This document shows positions 63,289 to 64,000 of a DNA stretch of 64,000 nt, piece by piece. The notes under the pieces are model-generated. The model was given only the letters and a program-made list of their open reading frames with translations, was not told the origin of the DNA and made no database searches. Position 1 is the stretch's first letter. Each line of letters begins with the position of its first letter. The stretch is from Gordonia sp. (in: high G+C Gram-positive bacteria) (lineage in GTDB: Bacteria > Actinomycetota > Actinomycetes > Mycobacteriales > Mycobacteriaceae): assembly GCF_020438995.1 (NCBI RefSeq), contig NZ_JAGQTN010000061.1, positions 7,222-71,221 on the forward strand. Reading direction: 5' to 3'. A program made the position numbers and the translations under genes.

Positions 63289-64000
63289 ATGACCGCGAAC
63301 GGCAAACTGTGGGGCGTCGGACTGGGCCCCGGGGACAGCGAACTGGTCACCATCAAAGCGGCGCGGCTGATCGGCGAGGCGCCGGTGATCGCGTATCACT
63401 GTGCGCGCCACGGCAACAGCATCGCCCGGTCGGTGGCGTCGCCTTATCTTCGGGACGGGCAGATCGAAGAGCGGTTGATGTATCCGGTGACCACCGAGAC
63501 CACCGACCATCCGCGCGGCTACACCGGGGCGCTCGCCGACTTCTACACCGAGTCGGCCGCGCGGCTGGCCGAACACCTGCGCGCCGGGCGTGACGTGGTG
63601 CTGTTGGCCGAGGGCGATCCCCTGTTCTTCAGTTCCTACATGCACATGCACAAACGTCTGGTCGGCGAGTTCGACGCCGAGATCGTGCCCGGCGTGACCT
63701 CGGTGAGCGCGTCGTCGGCGGCGATGACGATCCCGCTGGTCGAGGGTGACGAAACGCTGACCGTAGTCCCCGGCACTCTGTCGCAGGAGGATCTGACGGC
63801 ACGGTTCCGCGGCGCCGACGCGTTCGCGGTGATGAAACTGGGCCGCACCTTCACCACCGTGCGGGCCGCACTGGAGGCCGCGGGACGGCTCGACGAGGCC
63901 TGGTATGTCGAGCGGGCATCGACGTCGGCGCAGCGGGTGCTACCGGCGGCCGACGTGGATCCGGCTCAGGTGCCGTACTTTTCGATGATCGTAGTGCCAG
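63289..64000 (+). CDS. cobI: precorrin-2 C20-methyltransferase (CobI or CobIJ), partial
   Basis: GVGLGPGDSEL, LAEGDPLFFSSY, VPGVTS, VMKLGR; runs off the window end. Confidence 0.9.
   Translation, partial: MTANGKLWGVGLGPGDSELVTIKAARLIGEAPVIAYHCARHGNSIARSVASPYLRDGQIEERLMYPVTTETTDHPRGYTGALADFYTESAARLAEHLRAGRDVVLLAEGDPLFFSSYMHMHKRLVGEFDAEIVPGVTSVSASSAAMTIPLVEGDETLTVVPGTLSQEDLTARFRGADAFAVMKLGRTFTTVRAALEAAGRLDEAWYVERASTSAQRVLPAADVDPAQVPYFSMIVVP

Overview
High-GC actinobacterial chromosome (Mycobacteriales, probably Gordonia-like; inferred from gene content and from synteny of 51.4-64 kb with the mycobacterial Rv2049c-rbpA-ppm1/lnt-amidohydrolase-fxsA-cobN-cobGHI block). The main accessory region is a ~16.4 kb defence island (7868-24234) beside the 3' end of icd. 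It contains jetABC (Wadjet/Mks SMC) with no jetD, a VapBC-type TA pair, and a Type I R-M locus in the order hsdR-hsdS-[3.2 kb cargo]-hsdM. The cargo is a HipA-like kinase plus a HipS-like/HIRAN partner, a full Rpn nuclease with an in-frame internal SD+GTG for a small antitoxin, and a truncated frameshifted second rpn copy. The kinase/HIRAN module inside the R-M operon is my best candidate for an under-described defence system. A second accessory patch (~40.1-44.5 kb) holds a frameshifted phage-like R-S-E ADP-ribosyltransferase gene with a coupled small acidic ORF, an 18-bp palindrome, and a WXG100-like pair carrying a lipase-type effector. The rest is lipid metabolism, stress/antibiotic-response genes (clpC2 with twin operators, PadR, Bcr/CflA, class II UvrA), a two-component system, nucleoside salvage, lipoprotein maturation and B12 synthesis with a cobalamin riboswitch. 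I saw no rRNA, tRNA, CRISPR array, integrase or IS transposase. Family calls come from motif recognition by eye, not database searches.
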